DNA of 64,000 nucleotides from Spironucleus salmonicida (Eukaryota), in the NCBI RefSeq assembly GCF_000497125.1, contig NC_090599.1, positions 1,426,001 to 1,490,000 on the forward strand, written 5' to 3'. The notes under the pieces are model-generated. The model searched no databases and was not told the DNA's origin. It saw only the letters and a program-made list of their open reading frames with translations. The position numbers and the translations under genes are program-made. Shown here piece by piece: positions 42,106-55,700 of the stretch; positions within the stretch are counted from its first letter, which is position 1, and every line of letters begins with the position of its first letter.

Positions 42106-43773
42106 ATGGATTAACTTTTCACACATTCAACTCAAATTTTGACGCAGCTGCTTGTAAACTGTATTAGTGATGCCTTATATATACTGATAGATCCAGATCA
42201 ACTGGAATAGGTTAACTATCATTATCTAAGTCTATTTAAACCATACCAAATAATGCTTATTTCACCTACTATTTCTCCATAAAAATTCAAAACTAATGCA
42301 ACTATTATCTTTATTTCAAAGAATCATTTAATACCAGTGATTACTAGCATTATTTCAACCATATCAGCAAAACTTCCAAGTGCACAATTCCATCTTTTTT
42401 CAACTCCAAAACTTTCTCTTACTTCTGATGCTTTTCTACGGCAGCACCACGTTATCGATAAAATTTTAACATTCGAAAACGTTAACTTCGATATCTCACA
42501 ATCTTATGATTCAAACTGCTTTATTTTGAGCGCCAGAAATATTGAATATGATATGTCTAGATTCTCGATTAACTGTGTCTAAGAGATAGCAGAAATTGCT
42601 TTTTAGACTCTTAAAGTTCTGGGCGGTGCCAAGTGTATTTAAGCACGAGGGAAAATTGCAATATAAGCTGGAAAATCTTTAGAAAGACTTGTTTTGGAAG
42701 AGAATTTGACATTTAATAAAATTAAATTTGAATAGGTAATTTTTGTTGATCGTCTGACCGATATGCTTAGTGTTATGGTTACAGGCTAGTCTTATATGGA
42801 GCAATTGGACTCACATCTGAAAATTTAGTAAAATAAAGTAGATAACCAGCCAATTTATGATTGCTTTGATATTGTTGTTCAAGATTGTAAGTACACTCAC
42901 ATAAATAATTTAGGGGATAAAATTTCCATTTTGGCTAAAAATGCATAAGCAAAAGTGAAGGAATGTAAGGAAATTTAAGGTGATAAATCGAGACCTATCA
43001 GCGAAATTTCATAGGCATTTGAGGGTTACAAGAAAGCTGAAGCTGCAGCAGTTTTCATTAATGAACACACGTAACGAATTTTAAAAATATAACAATCACG
43101 GAATGCTGTATATTGTGAGGAAATTCTTCTTAAAAAAGAAATTTTAGATAGTAGGGGGCGTGGTAAAACCGATTTAGTTTTTAAATAAATTAACAGTGGA
43201 AAAGATTTGCAGACAGTTTTAGAATATCTTTCGATAATTTCTATGTCTGTTGGAGGCCTTAAAGCAAAAGATTTATTTACTATTAAGAAGCTCATCACTT
43301 TGACATATGGTTTATAAGGATTGGCTTTACTCAATCAGTTTTAAAAACTTGGATTAGTTACAAATACTGACTAGGAGCAGATTTATTAAGATATTTTTAA
43401 AGAATATCACATTGTAGAGTAGAAAGATAACGAAAAAATTGATTATCAGTAAATAAGCTATCCTTTTACTGGAATCACACCGATTAATGTTAGGAATATT
43501 TAGGAGATGATTTTTGGATCTAAAGACAAGAAAAAACAAATTGGCTAATGGTAAGGAAATGTTACTTATAAGAAACAGTTAACCACAGAATCTCCGGAGA
43601 AGCCCAAGTTTCTAGTATTTTATATTGGTCCAATTACTCATAGCGAGCTTGCCAGTATCGACGTTATTAGAAGGTAAGCTTAGAAAACTGATCCAAATTT
43701 CGAAATTTAGATAATTGCTAGCGACTTAAAAACTGGTAAAGATATCATGAAAACAATTTGCTAGGTTATGTGA
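42106..43773 (+). CDS. VPS33: Sec1/Munc18-family protein, Vps33-like, 555 aa
   Basis: VIFVDRLTDMLSVMVTGQSYMEQLD (cf. [24 protein letters not shown]), LITLTYG, VFYIGPITHSELASI. Confidence 0.8.
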
Positions 43774-43835
43774 AGTATCGATTTTTGCTATATATACTAA
43801 TAATATCTAGTTAACTAAATAATTCGTGTATAAAA

Positions 43836-44327
43836 ATGGATATTTTAGGATAATTTATTAATCCTGAAATCCTCGTCCAAAATCTTAATAAACTGAATGC
43901 AATTTCTTTATTAACCCTTAATCCTGGGGTCTCTATTTAACATCTCTCTTAACATTAACAAAAAAACTTTGTTTTACCTCCAGATTTATAATAATTTTAT
44001 AAGCAGTTTAACGGATTTGAACTCAGTTGGACTAAGTAATCAGTTATAGGGTTACTTTAAGTTCATAAAATTTAGTAACTACGCTAAGAAAATGATGAAA
44101 TCGAGTTCGCTAAGTGTGCACATGGAATTTTTTTACTTGCATCTTAGGGAGTAATCTTCAAACCTTGTTATACGTCAGCATAATACTAAATAGCTGCCTC
44201 TTTTACAGATTTTTGGATTAAAATGGTACAGTTTCTAGGAGTCAATGGTTGGGCACTGCTTGCAGCAGGTCAGCAGATTGGTGCAATTGAATAGGAATTT
44301 GTACATTAAATATATAAAAATGAGTGA
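43836..44327 (+). CDS. TPGS2: Tubulin polyglutamylase complex subunit 2-like (SMI1/KNR4 fold), 163 aa
   Basis: QQKNFVLPPDLQQFYKQFNGFELSW (cf. EQKNNCVLPEDLKNFYLMTNGFHMTW); IAASFTDFWIKMVQFLGVNGW. Confidence 0.75.
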
Positions 44328-44336
44328 AATAATAAG

Positions 44337-44822
44337 TCATTTATCTAAGAAATCTAGTGTAGGCGCAGATATAGAAACTGTTTGTACCTAGTCCATTTAT
44401 ACTTATTATACAACTTCTTATTCTTAATTAACAATCGGCAATTCTAGTTCTGCTTGAATAAACTAGCTTCTAGGAAACTTCCATTTACATTTTTTGGCCA
44501 GCACTGCTAAATCTGGAAGCGCAAACTTATAACTCTCAATAACTAGTTGGATAAACGCTAACTTTTCAAGATCGTCCTCTTAAATCTTCGATTTTAAAAT
44601 CTAAGATGCATTATTCTGTATCTCTCGTGAAAATAGGATTCCCTATTCAAGATTTGCTAGCTATGTCGCGGTCAGCTCAATTGTCTATTAGCAAAGTTTT
44701 GACTACAAGTTGCTTTCCGTGGAAAGCATATTTTGCTACTAATACAATGCTTGTATCCTCTATCGATGCACATTTGAGAATTTTTCAAACACTTTCATTA
44801 TTGCAATAAGTTGACTGTCCAT
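44337..44822 (-). CDS. Hypothetical protein, 161 aa
   Basis: Fully translated from AAAAAATG to TGA. Confidence 0.75.
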
Positions 44823-45000
44823 TTTTTAGGTATAAAGAGAATATGAAAACCTATTATTATATAATTATATGCTAAAATAAAATTCTGATAGTATTTTTAT
44901 GGAAATAAGTTGTTCACTCAATTTATGTAATATACGATATATAAGTACTCATACCTAATAATAATTTGTAATATCAATTTTATATAGTCAACAACCTTAA

Positions 45001-45010
45001 GCCATTTCCA
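45001..45010 (+). promoter_or_regulatory. C-rich upstream element GCCATTTCCA (ALG7)
   Basis: 8 nt before the ATG. Confidence 0.5.
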
Positions 45011-45018
45011 ATAAATTA

Positions 45019-46014
45019 ATGTCACAGTACTGGACTGCTATAGCATAGTTAATGTTACTGCCACTCTGCTCTGCCCTATTCACACTTTATACATTGCCAA
45101 AATTTCTTCCGTTGCTGCTTTAAAAAAATCTTGGCGGGTTCGACTTAAACAAACCCAGAGAACATCAAACAGAGAAAACGCCTGAAGCTGCGGGGATTGT
45201 GCTGTTAATCAGTTTTTGTATTTTTTCCGCTCCGCTGAACTCCCATCTCCGTGTTTCGCTCATTTCGGCGGGTCTTTTAGGATTCGTTGACAATGTTCTG
45301 GATCTCAAATGGAGGTGGAAGATCATTATTCCTCTATTCTAGCTTATTGAATTGGGTATGTACCACATTGGTTTGGGGTGCATAGAGCTAGAATTACCGT
45401 TTATGAATTTGAAACTGTCGTATTTATCTCCTTTTTTGGTTATTATTTACTCTATTATATCCCAAAATTTGGTTAACATTTATGCAGGAATTAATGGCCT
45501 GGAAATTGGATAATCTATCGTCGCTTAGGTGTTTTTATTCACATACGTCACTATCAGAGACGGATTTAGCTCTATTTTATCATTAAACTTAGATTTTGCA
45601 ATTCTTACAGCACTTTTTGTATCAGGGTCTTTTGTTTTGTATTAATACAATAAATATCCAGCTAAAGCTTTTGTTGGTGATGTTTATACATATTTTGCAG
45701 GAAGTTGTTATGTTGCATCAGCTGTTTCAGGTAGAGCAGTCGTACTATCCATATTTTTATATTTTATGCAAATTATTAATTGCGGTGCTAGTTTACCATA
45801 ATTGCTAAAAATTGTACCTTGCCCTAGACATAGATTGCTTGAGCTTAGAAAAGATGGCAAGTTGTATGGATAAAAATGTAATTGGAATAACATTAATTAG
45901 TTTTCTCTCAAAGTTTTTAGAAGAGGATTATTTGAATATCAATTATTTAATTATTTAATGATAATTTAGATATTCGTAAGTCTTATTGTAGTATTTGTCG
46001 CATTATATGTATGA
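45019..46014 (+). CDS. ALG7: UDP-GlcNAc:dolichyl-phosphate GlcNAc-1-P transferase, 331 aa
   Basis: GFDLNKP, PEAAGI, GFVDNVLDLKWRWK, NIYAGINGLEIGQS, NKYPAKAFVGD, PCPRHR. Confidence 0.95.
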
Positions 46015-46826
46015 ATATTTTTTAATTTTTTATTAGTTTTTAATGCACAGTCTTTTTTAAATACTAAATTATACTAATACTAGGTATCTATTTATATTTA
46101 TAACTATACAAACTTTTACAGCTAAAATATTTCTGTAAACATGTTAGTATTTATATTAAATGTAAAGATTCGCATAAATACAAGAATATCAGCAAAAGAA
46201 TACTCATTATTGATTGATAAAAATAACATAATAAGTTCATAGCTATAATTATATTATTTTAAAAAGATATTTAGTATCATTTGATAAATTCACTAAACTA
46301 GTAAAAAGTAAAAAATGATATTATATATATTTGCGGTATTGCGAGTGTTGCATTTATTTTTACTTTAAAAAGGTATAGTAAATATACTATATTATCTTAT
46401 TTACTTCATTATATGACTAAAGTTAATTTTAAATATGATGTATAGACATGATTTTTAGTATATGACTAATTTCTAATTATTGATCTAGCAATTTTTAAAT
46501 TTCTAAACTGTTAAAATTTTATAGATTAGTTTTCAATTATTTATTATTTTTATCGTATCCATGAATTATTTTTAATAGATACTCATTCTTTATCGCAGTA
46601 GTAACTTTATTTGAATAATTATTATATGATATTTTACGTGAATAATATATTAAAATAGTTAGAAATACACGAATTATTATGTATAGTATATAATAACTTT
46701 ATATTGCATTCTTATATAATCCAGTTATAGATTATTACACTTTAATTTACTTTAGAATACTTTATATAATCAAAGTATTATTCATTATTATACAATATAT
46801 AACGTATCATATTAGCTTGAAAATTT

Positions 46827-48818
46827 ATGTAATCTGTACTATCGATTCTTTCTAAAGATATATCTAAATTTTAACAGAAGTAAGATGAGAAGTTATAACT
46901 ATCTTTAAAATTCTCTAATCTAAACGTTTCAAACTAACCAATTGTACCCAACCCACCCCTCTAAAAATCTACATGCGAGCTTCTGAATATTCATCAAAAT
47001 AATTCATCATTACTTGATGCATATAATGGCTTGTTTGATGATGCTAAAGATCTTGCTGCAGCTGAGTTTGGAGCTGAAGCATTCACAAGATAAATTGAAA
47101 TATGGGATGAACGAAAAGAGTAAATTGAAGAATTTTTAGGTCTCTAGGGATCTCCATAGTTCTAATAACAATTAACTTAACTTATTACTGCTTTCTATGT
47201 AGCTAGTCAGCGTAATGATAGCTAGCATTTTCTCATTAATTCTTGTATTGAAATATTCAGTGATGCAGGCCCACTTCTAGAAATCCTTAAATATTTAAGC
47301 TACCTTATGAAAGATAGCACTGGTACTAGCATATCATACCTCCAAAAGTGCCTTGTTTAGGAATTAAAGTAGAACGCTAAATATAGTTCCTTGGGGTCGA
47401 CTCTAGATGTTACAACTAGTATGCTAAATTAGTCGTAGTAGATTGTTTCTGACGCCACATAGACTGGTAGAACACTTCGTACTAGTTAAACAAATATATA
47501 TGAGACTTTTGGTCAAGATTTTTCAGTTTACGGATAGATCTATAATTGTGTGAAATGCGGATATTCAATTGAGGCTCTAAATATTTTGGAGAAAAATTCA
47601 TAAATTGATTCTGACCTTGCTGTTTGTATTGAGAATTTAGTCGAGAATGATTATGAAACTGGAACAAAATTAACCAAAATTAACGAAGAAATTTAGGATC
47701 CATATTATCATCTTTTAACATAATTCTTTACGCCATGGGCTCCGAATAGTGTCGTTGTACCAGCATTCTTAGATTCTGTCTTAACTTTTATAATTTCGGC
47801 TAAAATATGTGGTAAGTAAAAAATTGCTTAAATTTATTCAAATAACAATATTAAGGGATATGGAACACTAACAAAAGCATTTATATTGATTCTACAAGAA
47901 GATTATGTTTCACTATTTAATTTCTTATATTAGCACTCATTGAATTTAGAGCTTTTCGTTATTTCAGTCTTCTTACAGTCCTAATTAACTGAAAGCCTTT
48001 ATTATCCTTTAAACTATTCAGATGCTGGGAATGATCTATTGACTGACATAATGAAAAAGTAGAAAACATAACTTTCTGTTCCATTAATTTTAACCAGATT
48101 TGTAGATCTTATTTAGTAAAAGGCGCCGATTTTACTTTCTAATAAAGAAGTAGATTTAAATAAAATATTCACACTTTTCAATTCGAAAAAGCTTAACTCA
48201 TCAGTTTTAACGGTTCAAAGTTATATCTAATTTTTGCGTAAATAACACACATAGCAACCGCCTTTAATTTGTTTCTATTTAGCAAAATTCAATTATTTAA
48301 GTAAAAATTTCGCAATTTCAATTGAGTGTTCTTATGCTGCTTATATCACATAGTCCCTTGCGTCTAATCTGGCTATAAGCAATTTGAGTTAGCTTTTTTC
48401 CAGTCTATTGAGCTACTTTTTTGAGTCAATCGCTCTCAAAAGCTTCGATATTTCGATATTTTATAATATGGAATAAATATACTAATAATCCATTTAGCAC
48501 TTTGAATCACATTAATAAACGGAGCTCAATTTTGTGTATTAATTTTGCGTTATGAAATTGAGCATTCTGACTCAAAAGACTACCGCCGCGTGTGACATTT
48601 TCAACTCTGTCAAATATGCAAATTTGGACCTCAATTTTGCTAAATTGCATATAGCCGACCTTGTGAAATTCATTCATTTCTTCGTAAAAATTGATGCCAT
48701 AAATACGAAAATTTCGTCTGAAAAAGTCAGAGAATTCGTTGTCTTTGCACATAATGGTAGCAGACTTGCCAGGGAGGACGAAAGACTTGTTGGAGAAATT
48801 ATGGCCGTGGTGGAGTGA
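46827..48818 (+). CDS. NUP93: Nucleoporin Nup93/Nic96-like, 663 aa
   Basis: EIWDERKEQIEEFLG (cf. EWEQVKQRILHTL); VYGQIYNCVKCGYSIEA (cf. VWALIYYCMRCGDLLAA); QDPYYHL (cf. DPYKRA). Confidence 0.7.
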
Positions 48819-49044
48819 CGATTAAAAATTAGTATATAACATTATAAAATAGTCAATATTAGAATTTTAGTACGAAATAACATAAATTATATATAATCAG
48901 GTGCATACTTATTCCATTTAATAAAGATGAGAATATATATAATAGGATTAATGCAATAGAACTAATCAAAGTGTCCATTTTTCGGAATAATTTCTTTGGT
49001 ATTATAATTATTATATATTTAATACTTAATCGGCTTACATTAAA

Positions 49045-49893
49045 ATGAACTTAACTAATATTGATGCAGATTTACAGGGTTAACTTCCATTTAATAAAGC
49101 CACCCATTTAGACTAGTAGAGGTATAATAATGATTTATAATAACCTGATATTATTAATAGAAAAACAGAGCATAATTCATAGACAATTAAAGATACCTAT
49201 TTTAACAAATTTTAACCTGATATTCAATAAGTACCTTCACGAAATATAATAACAGGAATATTTCTCAATTTTATTCCGTAAACACTTGAAATCTTACTTT
49301 ATTGCGAGGATTTTTTAATCTAAAGAAATAGTTTTCCGTAATTCTCAGTTGAAGATTTTTAGGATAATATTCGTGAGTTCTTTTGGAAATAAAATATTAC
49401 TGTATCGGAAGAGGATATTTTGTGTTTCTTGTAGGATTTTTCTTTTGCAAGCCTGGATTTCGAACGAGAAAAACATATTGCATACATTACAAAAATTTTT
49501 GAAAAATTATTTATTAGCAAACATTAAACAAATTTAAAAATTAACGAATTTCGATTTGTATCTGTTGAAAAATTTTTTTTCGAATAAAATAACTTGGCCG
49601 AAATAGTCCATAAATGTATTAAAAATGCGCCGATTGATAACAGAAAGGAGATGTTTTAAAATATATTTATTGCTGGAAGCGTCTGCCTAATTAACGGGTT
49701 TGATAAAAAGCTGAAATTTGAGCTTTTAAATGTCTTTAATGACTAATATAAAAGAGATTTTTAAGATTAGTATGTCTATGAAAAAAACTGGTTAAATATT
49801 AATAAAATACTTGAAATTTAGAATCTGCACATTACCTAAAACATTGAAGAAAAAAATAAAACTCTTTAAACAAATAATTAAATTATTATATGA
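49045..49893 (+). CDS. Truncated, divergent actin-related protein, 282 aa
   Basis: ITGIFLNF (cf. TTGIVLDS), EFRFVSVEKFF, LAEIVHKCIKNAPIDNRKEMFQNIFIAGSVCLINGFDKKLKFEL. No N-terminal DxGSG loop. Confidence 0.75.
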
Positions 49894-49921
49894 TGTAATA
49901 AATTTATATTCTAGGTTAGAA

Positions 49922-50476
49922 ATGTCGAAGTCAACTAATGAGCTACTGTTTCCATAATTTCCTAAATCACCTGTAAATGATTAACTATGCTTCTTTTGTC
50001 TGGAATCTTAAGATGATGTAGTTTTTTGTGATGGATTTTGTTAAAAATCTTACTGTAGAAGCTGCCTAGGATTATCAGGTATTTCAAGCTAAGAATATAT
50101 TTGTCCACATTGTCTTATAGGAGTTTTAAGATGTGAGTTGTGTCATATGGCTGATAATACTGTAATTAAGTGTGCTAAATGCTCTTATGCTGTTCACTTA
50201 AAATGTGCAATGCCTTTAGAAGAAATTGGATTTTATGAATTTTAACTACCTAATACTGTAGGAATACTAACTACTACATATTTATGTTAAGGTTGCAGTG
50301 ATAATATATAAAGATGTTTTAGATGTACAAGAACCGAAGACCTTTTATAAAAAATTGATGACGTATAGTTTTGTCAAATTTGTTGTGTGCAGCCATAGAT
50401 GCCTGTTGAAATTTCTAAGTTTTATGTAGAAAAATCTGCAGCTAAAAAGTACAAAAATATTTGGAGACGTTTTTGA
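49922..50476 (+). CDS. Tandem PHD-finger protein (NSD-type PHD1-PHD2-like), 184 aa
   Basis: CFFC..VVFCDGFCQKSYCRSCLGL..YICPHCLIGVLRCELC..VIKCAKCSYAVHLKC. Confidence 0.8.
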
Positions 50477-50525
50477 AGTAATTATTATTTTATATTTCAA
50501 TAATTATTATTTTTACATTTCTAAA

Positions 50526-51719
50526 ATGAGGTCTGTTTATTTAAATTTGAAAAAATCTTGTATATCATAGGCAGATAATAGATAGGTTAACATAGATAAT
50601 ATACCAGATTATCTTTTAAAATTCTTAGAGCTTAATGAGACATCTATGCTAGATGAAATAACAGATGTCTTGTAGTTTCTTTCACATGATCAAATTATTA
50701 CACATGATTTGGTAATTAAATTCTTTGAACTTACAAATGATGTTCCTAATAAGCTATATTCACTTTTACGATGTGATTACACATATCAATTTATAGCAGA
50801 TATACTTGTAATATATTTTTCAGAGACTAACTTCATTAAACATATTAAAAGAATCTATTTTGATTTTATAACAACATATTAAGAGAATTTCTTAATAGAA
50901 ATGTTCTCTGTCGATGAGATAATGCTTAAGTTTGTTTTTCAAATAAACTTGTTGACATTATATAAAAATCAAAACTATAATTTACTAAATTTTATTTCAA
51001 AAGCAATAAATGCCCATGCATCATTAAAATTTTCATAAAAATAATTTGAAATAGATTAAATTCTTCATTAAGTAACTTAGTCTACTGATTATATTGATTA
51101 ATCATTTAATTTTCTAAAGACATTAGTTTCTGACACATACAATTAACGGATTGTTCAGTTTCTACTATAACTACCATAAGAATCTATACATAAAGCAATC
51201 CCATTAATTCTAGAGTTAGATGAGGAATCTATCACAGATAATGCTAATTCATTCTTTAATATTGCTATCAAATCTTTATCATTAGAAGATTCCTCTGCAC
51301 TTAAATTATTGTCGTTGCTACTTTTTCATTCAATCCAATTTGAATATTACGAATGTAATTTTAGTTTTATCATAGCTCTTTTTAATTCGAAATTGATGAA
51401 AACTGCATCTTAGTGTGTCAGTTTTCTTATTGATTTCATTGATATTTTCTATCAGATAAAACCAACTTAATTATAAATTTTAATTGAAGATTTTAATATT
51501 ATGAAGCTTATTAGTATTTTTGTATAACGCCTATAAAACGATTCTTTAGAGTTTACGATAGAATGTTGCAAATTAATATAACTAGTAATTAATCTTAGCG
51601 AGCAACAGATGGATACATTTTTAGAGTTAAGATTTGATATTTTTGATTCTTTATGCTGTGTAGATAACATAAATTATTGTGATGATTTTTTATGCCTAAG
51701 AGATGAGTATTGTTTTTGA
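50526..51719 (+). CDS. Hypothetical helical (ARM/HEAT-like) protein, 397 aa
   Basis: AAAATG in frame with TGA 51717; amphipathic helical composition. Confidence 0.7.
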
Positions 51720-51813
51720 TATTATTTCTATTGATATATTAAACCATAAGAAATTTTGTATTGCATTAAATAATTAACGTTTACTTAATATTAGAATTAA
51801 TTATATGATTAAA

Positions 51814-52713
51814 ATGCGATTCAAACCCTAACCAAAAAAAATATTATCACCACTGAAGCAACCAACCAGAACGCCAATCCAACTCGCAGTAGTTTCAAAA
51901 TAAGCAATTAATAGACATATTACTGCTAAAACTTAGCAAGTAGACACTGTTTTTATTGAAGATATTTACAGACATATTGGGGATGATCCAACTGAATAGT
52001 TGCTTGATATTACAAAGTTTACAACTGATTAAGTGAATCCGATTCAGCGAAATGCAATGTTTAGAATGCCAGGAAAACGTTAGAGAGATGCGACATCACA
52101 TTTTGGAAAATTTAAGATTAACACCTAGTGTTTATGCTAGAAGTATCAGTATAATCGAATTAAAGATCATCTATTGCGACTAATAGACAAAGAGTTCAGT
52201 ATTTTAGAGGAGAAATTTGCATATAAAATGTAAAAATCCCTCGCTAAACAATTAGATATTTCACTTTTTCTGAATGATGTTAACGAAGCGAAGTCTTTTC
52301 TAAAACTTGAAGATAAAGAACTCATGGAAAATATGATTTAAGAAATAGTAACAACTTGCGAACGGTCTTGGGAAGGTGATGTTAAAAGAGCATTTCTAAA
52401 TTCCTACTCATTATAAGAGTAAATTAATGTGTTTTTAGCAAAATTCGAGATTTAATCAAAGTCTATATATGAACTACATGAAAATGCAGAGTTTTTCTGT
52501 GATGACTACCTAATTTTATTATAAAAAACAAGGCTTTCACTTTTATCTCCCATATTTGTTGATAATTTTACTGTTATGGTTGATTAAGCTTAAAAATTAG
52601 TTTATTAACTTGAAGAAAAATATACTAGGATTAATAAGAATATTTAAGGCCGTTTTTTATAACATTAAAAATTAGAGAAATAAATAGAAGAATTAGGAAA
52701 TTGGAATATATGA
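51814..52713 (+). CDS. Hypothetical protein, 299 aa
   Basis: Fully translated open frame. Confidence 0.75.
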
Positions 52714-52717
52714 CAAG

Positions 52718-55700
52718 TCACTTAACGTTAATAATTAAATTAAATTATTATAAATCTGCCTAGGAAAATATATTTCCAGTATAGTTTTTCAAAATATCGT
52801 CAATAGTTATATAAGCAGCTAATGAAAGTGCTTATTGTTATTTTTTGTCCATTTAAGTAGAAACTTATGTCCATAATTTTTAAAGCTAGATAGCCAGATA
52901 ATTCAAAATACTAAATGTATCGAATGTAATTAAATTTGGTTCCAAAGTATTACAAATATTCATTAATTATTACTTTAAAATTTCACATTTAGAAAAATGC
53001 TATTTAACTGATCTTAATGATTGAATAATTCTTATACGATTACCTTTTGATTGAAGTTAGCATACATGTTTTTATATTGCATTAGGTATATTTTAAAATA
53101 ATAACCTTAATAACTTATTATCTGGTAATTGCTCTTATAACTAAATAATTCCTAGTGATTTTAATTTCTATTATAAAATCTCATAGTCTCTATTAATTAT
53201 TTCTGATTAGAAAATAAAATAAAAAGGAGACTATGAGGGCACATCAGACGAATTAATAATATTAACTAAATAAACATAGTTATATATTAAAACTTAAATT
53301 CCTGCTATTTTGTACTCTGGTTATTACTCTAAATACTATTCAATTATACTTCTAAATATCAAAGACATTTTAATGAATAATATACCTCCGTTTTATTAAA
53401 ATGAAAATAACAGCCACCAAATTATATCAAATTCTTACTCAGTATAAAAATATTACCTCATAGTACATAATTATGACATAGTTTATAAAACATTTAATAT
53501 TTATATATTGACAAAGCTTCTGTTTGTCTGTTAAGTCTTATTTTCCAATATTTCAGGTACTTATATCTTATTTATCTATTTTATTGCTTATTTATCATCT
53601 TAAATCAAAATTAATCTTTTCTTATATTAAAAATATCGACTGAACTTATCAGTTAATGTTTAGTAAGTCTACTTATCGATACAGTTGGAATGTATATAAT
53701 CTAATATGATAAATCGAGGGAAAACATAGAAAAAGAATGGTAACATAAAATTCTATAAAACAAAATCTGCTGTCTATTATAGTGTTTTAAAATTATATAA
53801 CCCTTGAATAAATAGTATAATCTCATTAATATTTTATCCTTATATTAATCGCTCACAAATTATATTTTGAACTAGAAAGTTTTTGTCAAATTAAAATGAA
53901 TACTTAAGTTATTAACCAAACTGTTTTGCTGTTTTAGGAGTAATTTGGTTTAGCTTATAATTTAATTCTACTCTTATTTTTTCTGTAGGAATTTCACAAA
54001 TGACTATGTTTTTAAATTAGGCTTAGTCATATATAGGAGTGAAGGTAGAATTTTTACATAACTTCTATAACGTTTTCATGAGCCAAGGTTTATTACTAAT
54101 ACCATATAAGTTAAATAAATTTACTTAAAATAAAGATTTTAAGTAATCACAAGATGCTTATTACTCCTAAAGTTCTAAATGTATTTGATCGTAATGATAT
54201 TTTTTCTCATAAAATTTAGTGAGCGTTAAAAAGATTTATTACTCTTCTTAAGATAATTAAGATATTTCTTACTATGATAGTTATATTTCCTAATCCAATT
54301 CTTGTCGTTTTTTATATAGAAAATCTTTTTTTCTAATAGCTGGTTGAATATTTGAGTTAAAAAATTATTCTCTGATATTATCAGGAAGTTTAATAGCTTA
54401 AAATTAAAGTTTTGATAATGTACTAGTTAAATCGTTAAACTCTTTATCTGTATGTATGTATATTTATTTATTATTTTATATTTGGTCGAAAATAAGTTTT
54501 ATTTTCTGTTATAAGAGCGGTGAATATTTCTTAAATGATATGTTTAAATCTTGAGCAGCCTATTCTAATTATGATCTTTCAGCTTTTAGAGACTATAAAT
54601 GCTAAGAATCTACATCAAAATATTGGCGAATAACCTATACTAATCTATATATGAATAAATTTGTGAACTATCTTTCAGTATTATAAAGTTTTAACATTAC
54701 TTAATCATAGTCTTGAAAAATAAGATTATACTTGTTTATTATAAATAATAATATTGATAATATTCTTTACCTTTCTGATAATTTTATTGTAAAATCTATC
54801 ATCATTGCTGATAAATGATTTAGAGTAGATTATAATACTATAAACTAAGAATAACTTGGATAAAAATTAATTAATTTTTAATCTGATCCTTATAATTATG
54901 GGAAAATATTAGATACTAAACAATCTGCTATAGATTCAATATTGAAGTTAAAATTTCTTATAAAATTTTATACGCTATCAACTATAATTGATGGGAGCAA
55001 ATTATTATATAAACGAGGAACTTAATCAGTTAATAAAATGATATCAACATTATGACATTATTTGATATTAGTGGCTAGTTAGACTAAATAACCTTTAGTT
55101 AATTTTATATCTTATCCTTAAAAATTAATATTATCATAAATCCAAGGTAGACTTTATGAAAATTCAAAAATGAAATATAATATTTCTAAAGGTACACTTT
55201 TAAGAATGCTTAATTATGCAACATATTGTAACAATTCATTAACAAATACAGGGCCGTCTTAGTACGTTCTTAACATTAAAATACTGCTAATACTAATTAA
55301 AGGGTAATTTGATATACAAATATCAAGTAATAACTAAACTGAGGCCGTTGAGAATAATGATTGCTATAAATTTTTATCTTATAAAAATATTTCAATTATC
55401 TTTGACAACAGTTTACCCGATTTATTTATCTGCCCAACTAAAATAGAATTAAAATTATAGGTACTAATTTTCATGTTAACTTTATCAAATATAGTACATT
55501 TTTCTTATTCCTAACAAGAAAGTATAGAGGCCAATAAAATAAGCTGATCTCCAGATTTTTGAATATTTTATAATTAAATATTATCTTAAATGTACTATGC
55601 ATTTACTTGTAGACTAATATTTTATTTTTATAATATGTTATTTATAAATTGATCTAACTTGGCATGAAATATAGTATCGTAGACAGTATTATATTGAATA

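Noticed and set aside
46015-46826. 0.8-kb AT-rich spacer (likewise 61630-62419) as a possible ncRNA or mobile-element site
   Set aside because: No terminal repeats, snoRNA box pair, cloverleaf or convincing ORF seen by eye.
52980-54200. Plus frame with scattered in-frame TGA, suggesting a pseudogene or selenoprotein
   Set aside because: The minus strand holds the continuous ORF; no redox UxxC context or SECIS was seen.
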